Assembly (NCBI GenBank): GCA_007128425.1
Contig: SKXL01000093.1
Location: forward strand, 32,247 to 96,246
DNA length: 64,000 bases
Source of the DNA: Balneolales bacterium
Lineage (GTDB): Bacteria; Bacteroidota; Rhodothermia; Balneolales; Natronogracilivirgulaceae
Direction of reading: 5' to 3'
The notes under the pieces were generated by a model, which was given only the letters and a program-made list of their open reading frames with translations, did not search any database and was not told the origin of the DNA. Below are positions 28,541 through 37,923 of the stretch, piece by piece; position 1 is the first letter of the stretch, and each line of letters begins with the position of its first letter. Made by a program: the position numbers and the translations under genes.

Positions 28541-29536
28541 TTAAAAATAGTATTGCAGACTGACGGCATGGGCTACACCAAACCCATTCTGAAAGGGAAG
28601 AAAAGCATAGTTGAAGTAGAAGTCACCGACCAGCAGTCCTGCACCAAAGTTGAATCGACGCTGTGTTTCCCCGGTGCGGATGCCGGCTCGCAAATCGATG
28701 ATTTCAGAGATATTGAGTTCCACTCCGGTATTCAAGTAGCCATTGCCCTGATATGTTATCGAGTTTTCCTCGGTTCGGGATATGTCATTTATAGGCATAT
28801 TGTAATCGGCTATGACAGAAATCAATACAGGTATTTCATCTTCAATGGCTGATGTTGAGAATTGCAAGAGCTGGATATCAGTTCCAAAGCTCAATAATGT
28901 AGGCAACCTGGTAGCTGTTTCAGCCAGCTCTTCCATGGATCCCAGATTGCGTAATGCCGCACCGAGGCGTACCCGGTCATCCATGATATTCAAAGCCAGA
29001 CCGGCGTTCATACCAAATCCGGAGGCATGATCCCGAAAATACTGTTCAAACAGATACATACCGGTGACACCAAGAGAGAGCGGTCCGACGGATCGGGAAT
29101 AGGATCCGGCAAGCGATAAATACCTGACTGCAAAATAACCATCCGGATCGGGTGTTGGATTCGTGCGATGCGCTATGTTATCACTAAGCGAAGAAAGCAG
29201 CGCAATTCCATAGGTCTGTTTTCCCTGTTTGTATGCCAACCCGGCAAAACTGTTCTGTGTATCGGTAAACGGCCATACCATGTAGGAAAGGGTGGCACTG
29301 CTTTTGTTTTCCATGGAGAGAAGTGCGGGGTTCAGGAAGATAGCCGATGCTCCGGTCAGTGAAGCGGTATGTGCATCAGAAAGGCCCAAATTATGAGCAG
29401 AGGGCCCCATCAGCAGAAAGTGCAAACCGGTGGACTGACCGTCACTGGCGTCTGAATCATGATGCAGCGGGAATATGGCCATCATCACGAAAAAAATAAT
29501 TAAGGCATTTCGTCTATTCATAAAAGTATTAAACAT
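28541..29536 (-). CDS. PorV/PorQ-family outer-membrane beta-barrel (T9SS-associated)
   Basis: Signal peptide, then the GPSAHNLGLSDAHTASLTGASAIFLNPALL motif typical of the PorV/PorQ family, with a C-terminal aromatic end ...SLQYYF. Confidence 0.7.
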   Translation of the reverse strand: MFNTFMNRRNALIIFFVMMAIFPLHHDSDASDGQSTGLHFLLMGPSAHNLGLSDAHTASLTGASAIFLNPALLSMENKSSATLSYMVWPFTDTQNSFAGLAYKQGKQTYGIALLSSLSDNIAHRTNPTPDPDGYFAVRYLSLAGSYSRSVGPLSLGVTGMYLFEQYFRDHASGFGMNAGLALNIMDDRVRLGAALRNLGSMEELAETATRLPTLLSFGTDIQLLQFSTSAIEDEIPVLISVIADYNMPINDISRTEENSITYQGNGYLNTGVELNISEIIDLRAGIRTGETQRRFNFGAGLLVGDFYFNYAFLPFQNGFGVAHAVSLQYYF

Positions 29537-29547
29537 TAAAATGTAAT

Positions 29548-30711
29548 TTAAAATGACAACCTGAGAGATAAAACATGCATTCCAGCAATGCCAAGCGGTT
29601 CACGAACAAATGCATAATCTACAGACGGACTCATGACATCATAGGGAAGATGCACTGAAAAGCCGGCACTCAGTTTATGAGTTTCATTTACAAAGTCGAG
29701 GTCCATGATTTCCCAACCGCCTCTCAGGGTGATGCGTTCATGCGCTTCCCACGAAGCACCTATGCGAAATTGACGGCTGCTTGTGGTCATGTTATCCGTT
29801 GTCATGCTATTTTGAGGAGGCACGGATCCACCGGTGTGCTGAAAACGCTGATATTCAGATTCCAGTCTGAGAATTTCATATTCGGAACTGACCAACAATC
29901 CAAAATCGGTAAAATGGTAGGAACTGCTCATACGAAAACGGACAGGCAGAGCATCACTGCGATTGCGCCCACCCAGAGTTCCGTAGAGCGGATTGGTGTT
30001 CCAGGAATATTCGGATATAAGATCCTGTATACTGAAACCTATACGCCAGTTTGTGACGGGTTCTGCGATCATCCCGATATCAAAGCCGGCACCGGTGGCA
30101 TTGTCGATACTTTCATATAATTTGGCATAATGCAGCTTAGCGGCAACTCCGAGACGAACGCTCGGGCTTACACTTATTCCAAAAGCGACAAAGAGTTGAA
30201 ATTCGTGCGTTGAAAGCATTTCTGTATGATATCCGCTGGATGTGCGTCCATCTATATCATAGACATTTGCATTTAGCAGGCCCATATTGAGCCCGGCATT
30301 CGGGGGAAGAGGAAAGGTCACATTAAAGGAGTGCAGGCTGCGGTCGAATGACATCAACGCTGTGCCGATATCAATCTGATTCTCAAAGGAGTAGGAAGCC
30401 AGTGCGGGATTGTAATGCCCGAAAATGCCTTCATGTGAAACGGTACCCATGGCATTACCCATCGCCATGCCTCGTGCGCCAAAACCCATCCGTGTGTAAG
30501 CTCCGCTGAAACCACCGCTTTGCGCCATGACTTCATGCAAAGGCAAAATAAGCACCAAAAATACTACCAGACCTGCAGCTAATTTGTCGTAAATGAGGGT
30601 TCGGCTACATTTTCCCTTATCACCTTGTGCAAGGCCGCATGTTATCCTGCAGCTGAAGCCGTCATCGCCACTTTTATTGTATTTTTTATCAGCAGGTTGC
30701 AAGCGAGTCAT
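29548..30711 (-). CDS. Second PorV/PorQ-like outer-membrane beta-barrel
   Basis: GFGARGMAMGNAMGTVSHEGIFGHYNPALAS motif and a C-terminal ...SLRLSF. About 45 aa precede the hydrophobic signal-like segment, so the true start may be a non-ATG codon further in. Confidence 0.55.
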   Translation of the reverse strand: MTRLQPADKKYNKSGDDGFSCRITCGLAQGDKGKCSRTLIYDKLAAGLVVFLVLILPLHEVMAQSGGFSGAYTRMGFGARGMAMGNAMGTVSHEGIFGHYNPALASYSFENQIDIGTALMSFDRSLHSFNVTFPLPPNAGLNMGLLNANVYDIDGRTSSGYHTEMLSTHEFQLFVAFGISVSPSVRLGVAAKLHYAKLYESIDNATGAGFDIGMIAEPVTNWRIGFSIQDLISEYSWNTNPLYGTLGGRNRSDALPVRFRMSSSYHFTDFGLLVSSEYEILRLESEYQRFQHTGGSVPPQNSMTTDNMTTSSRQFRIGASWEAHERITLRGGWEIMDLDFVNETHKLSAGFSVHLPYDVMSPSVDYAFVREPLGIAGMHVLSLRLSF

Positions 30712-30770
30712 TCGGTTACGATGGTATTTCGATGTAAAAATGGTTATTCATTCAAGTCAATGTGAATCGA

Positions 30771-32330
30771 TTATTCCAGCAGCAGGATTTTCCCAACTGA
30801 GCGGCGATTTCCGGTATCCACTTCATAAAAAACGGTTCCATTGGCCACTTTACGCCCTTGCTGATCCGTTCCGTCCCAAACAGCTTCAAACGTACCGGAA
30901 CCAAGCTCACGTTTGTCATCCAGTATGCGGATCAAGTTCATTCCAAAATCAAACAAGCGAATGGTAACCGTACCGGCTTCCTGATTTTCAAATTTGATGC
31001 GTACCAGGTCGTGCTGACGGGGGGAAAACGGGTTGGGGTAAGCGTAGGCGTTCACATCAGGCGCATCATCCTGAAACTGGTTTTTTCCGTCAAGTGGAAA
31101 GTTAACCCGGGTAATCTCCCAGCTTTCGCCATCATCCACAGTTGAAGCGAGTCCGTCGCTTGTTCCGATCCAAACTCTTCCTTTGGCATTGCTGACAGCA
31201 TAGTAGGTTGCACGCGGTTTCATCTCTGTATTGGCACTGCGTATCTGGCGCACCTGTCTCCATGATTCCCCGTTGTTTCTGCTGATAAAAACTCCGTTGT
31301 TTCCGACGGCAAATATGGTTTGCCCATTGAAACCGATGTCGTAAATGCGTTCGCCGGGCAGATGTTGCTCAAACGTGTCACCGGAATCACGGGTAACTAC
31401 AATCCCTTCCACATCCTGCCCGGTGATAGCGGTCCAGTTCGTCATCCAGATTGCATTGTCGTATGGATTTTCCCGGATGGATGTGATCCAGTTGCCCAAT
31501 AGCCCTTCCGGGTTTTGTGTCTGCCGGATGTGGCGCCACCGAATGCTGTCGGCCGGAGCTGTGAGAGCATTATCAGAGATGTTAAGTCCACCGGCTGTAC
31601 CGGCATAGACGTTGCCATCGCTTCCTATCAGCACCGAAAAGCCGAGGAAATTGAGGAAGTTGTTGTTCTGCCCATCTCCACGGGGATCAATTTTGAAATT
31701 GTATGTTTCTTCCGGATGGAGCTCGTCCAGTTCAAACGGGGGAAGCACAACGCGTTCCCAGGTTTGGCCCAAATCGGTGGAGCGACGGATTCCCGAAGCC
31801 CATCCGGCAAAGAAAATGACGTCGTCTTTAAAGTCCACCATATATGGCGGGGATTGCTGTGGAACAATGACAGGTATGATTTCAAGATCCTGGCCGCCAT
31901 AGTGTACCGTGTTTGCATCAGGGGAGTCAAGCGTTCGGGAAGTATCGATCAAAACCCAGCTTTCGCCGCCATCCGTTGTGATGTAGAACCCCATTTGTGC
32001 CTGCACCGGATCCTCTCCACTGGTGTCGCTGTAGCCTATACCTGCGATTACGGTGTCGCGTGCAAGAGCGATGGAAAAAAGTCTGCCCCGTCCATCGGTT
32101 ACAGAATCAATTCCTTCAGCAATTCTCCAGTCCAGTTCATTGCCAATGTTGAAGTTCATTCGGGGGCCGATCCAGAGCGTGTCACCCAGTGCACCCATGT
32201 TGGAAACGGAGTTCTGTGAAATGGATTTGTACGGTGACGGAATCTGCCCCGGCAGGATTTGTCCATACACCTGCTGATGAATCAGGCTCGGAAGAATCGA
32301 TACAACCAGGGACAAAAGGATTAATCTCAT
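30771..32330 (-). CDS. BNR/Asp-box repeat beta-propeller protein with T9SS C-terminal sorting domain
   Basis: Four Asp-box motifs (TTDGGESW, STDLGQTW, SRNNGESW, TVDDGESW). The C-terminal ~90 aa resemble a T9SS/FlgD-Ig-type CTD (YPNPFSP...VTIRLFDFGMNLIRIL...WDGTDQQGRKVANGTVFYEV...GKILLLE). Confidence 0.75.
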   Translation of the reverse strand: MRLILLSLVVSILPSLIHQQVYGQILPGQIPSPYKSISQNSVSNMGALGDTLWIGPRMNFNIGNELDWRIAEGIDSVTDGRGRLFSIALARDTVIAGIGYSDTSGEDPVQAQMGFYITTDGGESWVLIDTSRTLDSPDANTVHYGGQDLEIIPVIVPQQSPPYMVDFKDDVIFFAGWASGIRRSTDLGQTWERVVLPPFELDELHPEETYNFKIDPRGDGQNNNFLNFLGFSVLIGSDGNVYAGTAGGLNISDNALTAPADSIRWRHIRQTQNPEGLLGNWITSIRENPYDNAIWMTNWTAITGQDVEGIVVTRDSGDTFEQHLPGERIYDIGFNGQTIFAVGNNGVFISRNNGESWRQVRQIRSANTEMKPRATYYAVSNAKGRVWIGTSDGLASTVDDGESWEITRVNFPLDGKNQFQDDAPDVNAYAYPNPFSPRQHDLVRIKFENQEAGTVTIRLFDFGMNLIRILDDKRELGSGTFEAVWDGTDQQGRKVANGTVFYEVDTGNRRSVGKILLLE

Positions 32331-33127
32331 CTTGAAAACGTTAATGTGGACCGGAGAGTGTCACTGACGGTTCCGGCAATATCAACGGCGTGTACCGCAA
32401 TCGTATATGTTTCAGGAGAATTTTCGGAATTTATACTGAAATTCTGAACATAGATGCTATCCCCGGGCACCGTACCGTAATCCGGGTTTGATCCCTGCAT
32501 AATGGAGGCGAATATTTGTTGGTTTGAACTGTCGAACAGTTGAAGGCGTACATCGCTGATATTACTTATGGATAAGGAGTGACTTACTTTGGCGGCGATA
32601 AAGAAACGATTTTCAGATTCACCGGGTGCTGGAATGAAAACGGTATCCGGATGCACAATTTCAAGAACTTCAGGCTGTCCCGTATCGACACCACGCACAA
32701 TAACTGTTGATTCTACACGATCTGCAGCTTGCCCATCCCGCCCAAGGGGATATACATAGACGATCAGATTTTCATAGCGACTGGTGTTCATGTTCAGGCT
32801 GAGAGACCCTGTGTACCGGTCAGGTTGGGTCTGATCGTTTTGCAGCGTATCGCCGGAGAGAAGGGTACGATTACGGACCGAAGCTAATCCAGCCACGAGT
32901 CGGTAACCCTCGGGAAGCGCACTTGTCACATTCAGATGAAATGTGACAAGGGTATCACGGATTCCATCTTCTTCGGAAAATCGAATAGAAGAAGGGTCGA
33001 CTGAAAAATCACGGATCACCGGGCGTTCTGTGTTCGCCCTCACTGGTCCATCTGTTTCATCACAGGCAGATACAAACAGGTTTACAGTCAGGAAAAGCAG
33101 GAAGAAATACCAGGGTAAATGTCTCAA
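32327..33127 (-). CDS. Hypothetical lipoprotein (two Ig-like-looking beta-rich halves)
   Basis: Signal peptide with lipobox-like LFVSAC. It has a 4-nt ATGA overlap with the downstream BNR gene. I recognise no family. Confidence 0.5.
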   Translation of the reverse strand: MRHLPWYFFLLFLTVNLFVSACDETDGPVRANTERPVIRDFSVDPSSIRFSEEDGIRDTLVTFHLNVTSALPEGYRLVAGLASVRNRTLLSGDTLQNDQTQPDRYTGSLSLNMNTSRYENLIVYVYPLGRDGQAADRVESTVIVRGVDTGQPEVLEIVHPDTVFIPAPGESENRFFIAAKVSHSLSISNISDVRLQLFDSSNQQIFASIMQGSNPDYGTVPGDSIYVQNFSINSENSPETYTIAVHAVDIAGTVSDTLRSTLTFSR

Positions 33128-33361
33128 AACAGAGTAATAAAGATGTTGGAGCCTAACCAGAAGGTAACGTAATCAGTTTGGTAGAATTATGCCATGCCGT
33201 CTGTTTTGATGATATTTTATGAATAAGAAGAACAATTCTGTCCTGCAATCCTGCAATGATTGTCAAATTTCAATATTACCCCTAACAAGGAAGAATGTCA
33301 ACAATGCAATGATTAGTTGCATCGTGTTTAATTCTTGTGTAATTTAATATTTATGTTAAAC

Positions 33362-33403
33362 ATGTATGCACATAGCAATAACTGGTGGTGGCCCTTCTGC
33401 TGA
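33362..33403 (+). CDS. trpL: trp operon leader peptide (MYAHSNNWWWPFC)
   Basis: A 13-codon ORF with three consecutive TGG codons (33383-33391). It lies 152 nt upstream of trpE and is directly followed by alternative antiterminator/terminator helices. Confidence 0.7.
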   Translation: MYAHSNNWWWPFC

Positions 33404-33465
33404 AAGCGGATTGGTCTTGGTGCGTGTGCAGTACCTGTAAAAAGGATTTTCAACCCGCTTTCAGT
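33399..33465 (+). promoter_or_regulatory. Antiterminator helix of the trp attenuator
   Basis: CTGAAAGCGG (33400-33409) is perfectly complementary to CCGCTTTCAG (33455-33464), extendable to ~15 pairs with one mismatch. The 3' arm is shared with the terminator 5' arm. The leader stop codon (33401-33403) lies inside the 5' arm. Confidence 0.6.
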
Positions 33466-33490
33466 TCAAACTGGATGCGGGTTTTTTTTT
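33454..33490 (+). terminator. Attenuator intrinsic terminator upstream of trpE
   Basis: CCCGCTTTCAG (33454-33464) pairs with CTGGATGCGGG (33471-33481). Ten of 11 positions pair, including one G:U, with loop TTCAAA. A T9 run follows (33482-33490). Confidence 0.75.
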
Positions 33491-33554
33491 GTGTGAATTC
33501 AGGCATCTTGTTATCGCAGGCCGGATCACCCGGTTTCTCTTTTGACATACTCTG

Positions 33555-35042
33555 ATGAAAGCAGATACATTCAAAAATCTTGCCGAAGAATATACAGCCA
33601 TTCCGGTATACCGGGTCATGATGGCTGATACTGTTACGCCGGTCTCACTTTTTATGAAGATTCGAGATCAGGGCCTGTATCCGTTTCTGCTGGAGTCGGT
33701 GGAAGGAGGGGAGCACCTGGCACGATACTCGTTTCTGGGTCGAAATCCCTATCAGGTGCTTCGTTTTGAAAATAACAAAGCTTCATTGACTCGTTTACAA
33801 AATGGAGGAAATCCCACGGCAGGTGAGCAGACGGATATTCTTGAAGAGGGATATTTTGAAGCGTTGCGACGGCTTTGCAGCACACTTGCGGAACCCGTAA
33901 TTCCCGATCTGCCCCGGCTGACAGGCGGAGCTGTCGGCTTTTCGGCATACGATACCATTCGACAGGTGGAACACCTGCCGGATGTACCCGAAGATGACCT
34001 CCGCCTTCCGGAGGCGATATGGGCATTCTATGATGAGATTTTTGCCTTCGATCATGTGAAGCATCGTGTGATATTGATCAAGACGGTGTTTACGGACCCT
34101 GGACGTGATCATGATCGCCAGTATAAAGAAGCATGCGCCTGCCTGGACCGCATGGAAAGCATCATGAACCAGCCTGTTACCGATGGTGCGGGTTATCGAA
34201 AAACATCAGATGAGCTGGAAAGTAATATAACCCCGGAAATCTTTCACAAAAACGTGGATAAGGCCAAAGAGTATATACATGCCGGTGATATATTTCAGGT
34301 AGTGCTTTCACAGCGGTTTCGAAGCAGCTATGAAGGTGACCGGTTCATGCTTTACCGGGCGCTGAGAATGGTCAATCCGTCTCCCTACCTTTTTTATCTG
34401 GATTTCGACGAATTTGCACTGGTCGGCTCCTCTCCGGAGGTGCTGGTGCAGGTCCAGGATGATACCGTCCGGGTTTTGCCAATAGCGGGTACCCGCCCGC
34501 GAGGCGCCAGTGTCGATGAGGATAATCGTTTTGAGGAAGACCTCAAGGCGGATCATAAAGAGCTGGCTGAGCATATCATGCTGGTCGACCTGGGACGCAA
34601 TGATCTGTCACGGGTTTGCCGTCCCGACAGCGTAAAACTGACCCGGGATCGAGTGATTGAGCGATACTCGCATGTGATGCATATCGTTTCTGATGTCAGC
34701 GGTACACTTGCGGAGGACAAAACGGCTGTAGATGCCCTGGAGCACTGTTTCCCGGCCGGTACGGTATCCGGGGCTCCAAAGGTCAGAGCAATGGAGATCA
34801 TCGATGAAATGGAGCCCACTAAACGCGGTCCCTATGCTGGAGCTGTCGGATATTTCGACTTTTCAGGCAATATGGATACGTGTATTGCAATTCGCACGAT
34901 GATAGTTACCGACAGTGATATCTATATTCAGGCCGGGGCGGGAATAGTAGCCGATAGTGATCCATATCTTGAATACGATGAAACCGTGAATAAAGCGAAA
35001 GCACTGGTTGAGGCACTCGGCATTGCGTTGAAACTTGCGTAG
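33555..35042 (+). CDS. trpE: Anthranilate synthase component I
   Basis: LLESVEGGE, PIAGTRPRG, YAGAVGYFDFSGNMDTCIAIRT. Confidence 0.95.
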   Translation: MKADTFKNLAEEYTAIPVYRVMMADTVTPVSLFMKIRDQGLYPFLLESVEGGEHLARYSFLGRNPYQVLRFENNKASLTRLQNGGNPTAGEQTDILEEGYFEALRRLCSTLAEPVIPDLPRLTGGAVGFSAYDTIRQVEHLPDVPEDDLRLPEAIWAFYDEIFAFDHVKHRVILIKTVFTDPGRDHDRQYKEACACLDRMESIMNQPVTDGAGYRKTSDELESNITPEIFHKNVDKAKEYIHAGDIFQVVLSQRFRSSYEGDRFMLYRALRMVNPSPYLFYLDFDEFALVGSSPEVLVQVQDDTVRVLPIAGTRPRGASVDEDNRFEEDLKADHKELAEHIMLVDLGRNDLSRVCRPDSVKLTRDRVIERYSHVMHIVSDVSGTLAEDKTAVDALEHCFPAGTVSGAPKVRAMEIIDEMEPTKRGPYAGAVGYFDFSGNMDTCIAIRTMIVTDSDIYIQAGAGIVADSDPYLEYDETVNKAKALVEALGIALKLA

Positions 35043-35089
35043 ATTTTTCCATCCACAGTTATATCACAGATGAAATATTAAATAAAAGA

Positions 35090-36088
35090 ATGAGCAAGCA
35101 GAAAAAAACCATTTTATCGGGCATTCAGCCATCGGGCAGGCTTCATCTGGGAAATTATTTCGGAGCCATTCGGCAACATCTCGATTTTCAGCACAAGGGT
35201 GAAGCCTTCTATTTCATTGCGAACTATCACTCACTTACATCCGTCCAGAACGGGGCCGAGCTTCGGCAGTATACCTATGATGTCGCCCTGGATTATCTTG
35301 CACTCGGTATGGATCCGGTAAAATGCACCTTTTTTGCGCAAAGTGACGTTCCCCAGGTGCTTGAACTGTCGTGGACTCTGGGAACACTTGCCCCGGTGAG
35401 CATGATGGAGAAGGGGGTTTCATACAAGGACAAGGTGGCGCAGGGGCTGCAACCCAATATCGGTTTGTTTACCTATCCGATATTGCAGGCAGCCGACATT
35501 CTGATATACCATTCCGACCTGGTTCCGGTTGGTGCCGATCAAAAGCAGAATATAGAAATATCACGGGATTTGGCAGGCCGGTTCAACCGGATTTACGACG
35601 GTGACTATCTCAGGATACCAGAGCCTTTCATAGTTGAATCGGTTGCTACGGTACCTGGTGTTGATGGCAGAAAAATGAGCAAGTCATATGACAATACCAT
35701 CGATATTTTTGATAGCGGGAAGACCTTGAAAAAGAAAGTAATGTCAGTCGTGACAGATTCGACGCCTCTTGAGGAACCGAAGAATCCTGATAAATGCAAT
35801 GTGTATGCACTCATTCGCCTGTTTGCTTCCGAAGAAAAGAACAGAGAAATACGGGATAAATACACATCTGGTGGTTTTGGATACGGGCATGCCAAGAAGG
35901 AACTTCTGGCACTGATTGAGGAGTTTTTCAGTGAGGCCAGAGACCGCAGGGAGTATCTTGCCAGGCGACCCGACACGATATGGGATATGCTTCGTGATGG
36001 TGGCAAAAAAGCACGAAATCGCGCAGAAATAGTGATGCAACCTGTTCGTGAAGCCACAGGTATTGTCCGTCATTTTGAAACTCTGTAG
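35090..36088 (+). CDS. trpS: Tryptophan--tRNA ligase
   Basis: Class I signatures GIQPSGRLHLGNYFG (HIGH-type) and KMSKS, plus VGADQKQ. Length is ~330 aa. Confidence 0.95.
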   Translation: MSKQKKTILSGIQPSGRLHLGNYFGAIRQHLDFQHKGEAFYFIANYHSLTSVQNGAELRQYTYDVALDYLALGMDPVKCTFFAQSDVPQVLELSWTLGTLAPVSMMEKGVSYKDKVAQGLQPNIGLFTYPILQAADILIYHSDLVPVGADQKQNIEISRDLAGRFNRIYDGDYLRIPEPFIVESVATVPGVDGRKMSKSYDNTIDIFDSGKTLKKKVMSVVTDSTPLEEPKNPDKCNVYALIRLFASEEKNREIRDKYTSGGFGYGHAKKELLALIEEFFSEARDRREYLARRPDTIWDMLRDGGKKARNRAEIVMQPVREATGIVRHFETL

Positions 36089-36198
36089 ATATATCAAATC
36101 GAATTCGTTTTTCGGTATTGATCCGGCAAATAAGAATAGCATATTGTTGAATATCACAAATAGATTATACACAAAGTTTGAGGTTACACCAGATCATT

Positions 36199-36792
<594 letters not shown>

Positions 36793-36805
36793 ATGAATTT
36801 GACAA

Positions 36806-37840
36806 ATGGGAGATTTTACTTACATCCTGCAAAAGATCTCTGATCACAAAGAGCTGATGCCCGAAGAGGCAGCATATGCATTGCAGCAAATTGTCTCAGG
36901 GAATGTCAGTCCGGCAAGAACTGCTGCATTTTTGTTTGGCATGGGCAGCAAGGGTGCTACGGTGCAAGAATTGACCGCTTTTGTGCATGTTATGAGGAAA
37001 GCCGCTGTTAATGTTGATGTGGATACGGAATCTGCCATTGATCTTTGTGGCACAGGTGGTGACAACTCCGGTACCTTCAACATCTCAACGGCAGCAATGT
37101 TCGTTGCTGCCGGAGCCGATGTTCCTGTACTCAAGCATGGCAATGCGGGGGTCTCCAGCAAGAGCGGAAGTTACGATGTTTTGCGGAAACTCGGGGTTGA
37201 ACCACGGTTGCCAAAGGACAAAGTGGAAGTCTGTTTTCGTGAGACGGGTATGGCGTTCATGTTTGCTCCTCTTTTTCATCCGGCTATGGCGCATGTAATG
37301 CCGGTTAGAAAGGAATTGGGCATGCGAACTTTCTTTAACATTATGGGCCCCATGCTTAATCCCGCTGGTGTAAAAAGGCAGATGATCGGTGCCTTCAGCC
37401 TCGATACAGCGCATAACATCATACGCATACTTCAAAATCTGGACACGGAATTTGCTTATGCAGTGCACTCCGAGGACGGCCTGGATGAATTTTCCACTAC
37501 AGCCCCAGCCCATGTCTTCCAGTTGATGGAAAATAAGGTCGAAAACAGTATCGTTTTTGATTCCGGGGTTTTCGGATTATCGGAGGCAACCCTTGGTGAT
37601 CTTCGCGGCGGGTCTCCGGAACAAAACGCCGATATCATTCTCTCTGTTCTGGATGACAAGGCGAGCAGAGCTCAAAGAGAAGTGGTGCTCCTCAATGCTG
37701 CATTTGCCATTCACACTTCTGGTTTGCATGACGATATCCAGGAGGCATTTTATGCCGCCGAGGAGAGTCTGGAGAGCGGAAATGCGCGCCAGGCATTGAA
37801 CTTATTTGCGGAATGTACGACTCAATTACAAAATGATTAA
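36806..37840 (+). CDS. trpD: Anthranilate phosphoribosyltransferase
   Basis: DLCGTGGDNSGTFNIST, KHGNAGVSSKSGS. Confidence 0.95.
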   Translation: MGDFTYILQKISDHKELMPEEAAYALQQIVSGNVSPARTAAFLFGMGSKGATVQELTAFVHVMRKAAVNVDVDTESAIDLCGTGGDNSGTFNISTAAMFVAAGADVPVLKHGNAGVSSKSGSYDVLRKLGVEPRLPKDKVEVCFRETGMAFMFAPLFHPAMAHVMPVRKELGMRTFFNIMGPMLNPAGVKRQMIGAFSLDTAHNIIRILQNLDTEFAYAVHSEDGLDEFSTTAPAHVFQLMENKVENSIVFDSGVFGLSEATLGDLRGGSPEQNADIILSVLDDKASRAQREVVLLNAAFAIHTSGLHDDIQEAFYAAEESLESGNARQALNLFAECTTQLQND

Positions 37841-37923
37841 TTAGTGCCGTGTGTTATTGTTCAGCAAAAAGGTTAAAATCCTTTCAAAGTCTGATTGCAG
37901 AATAACCAATAAATTGCAGCTAA

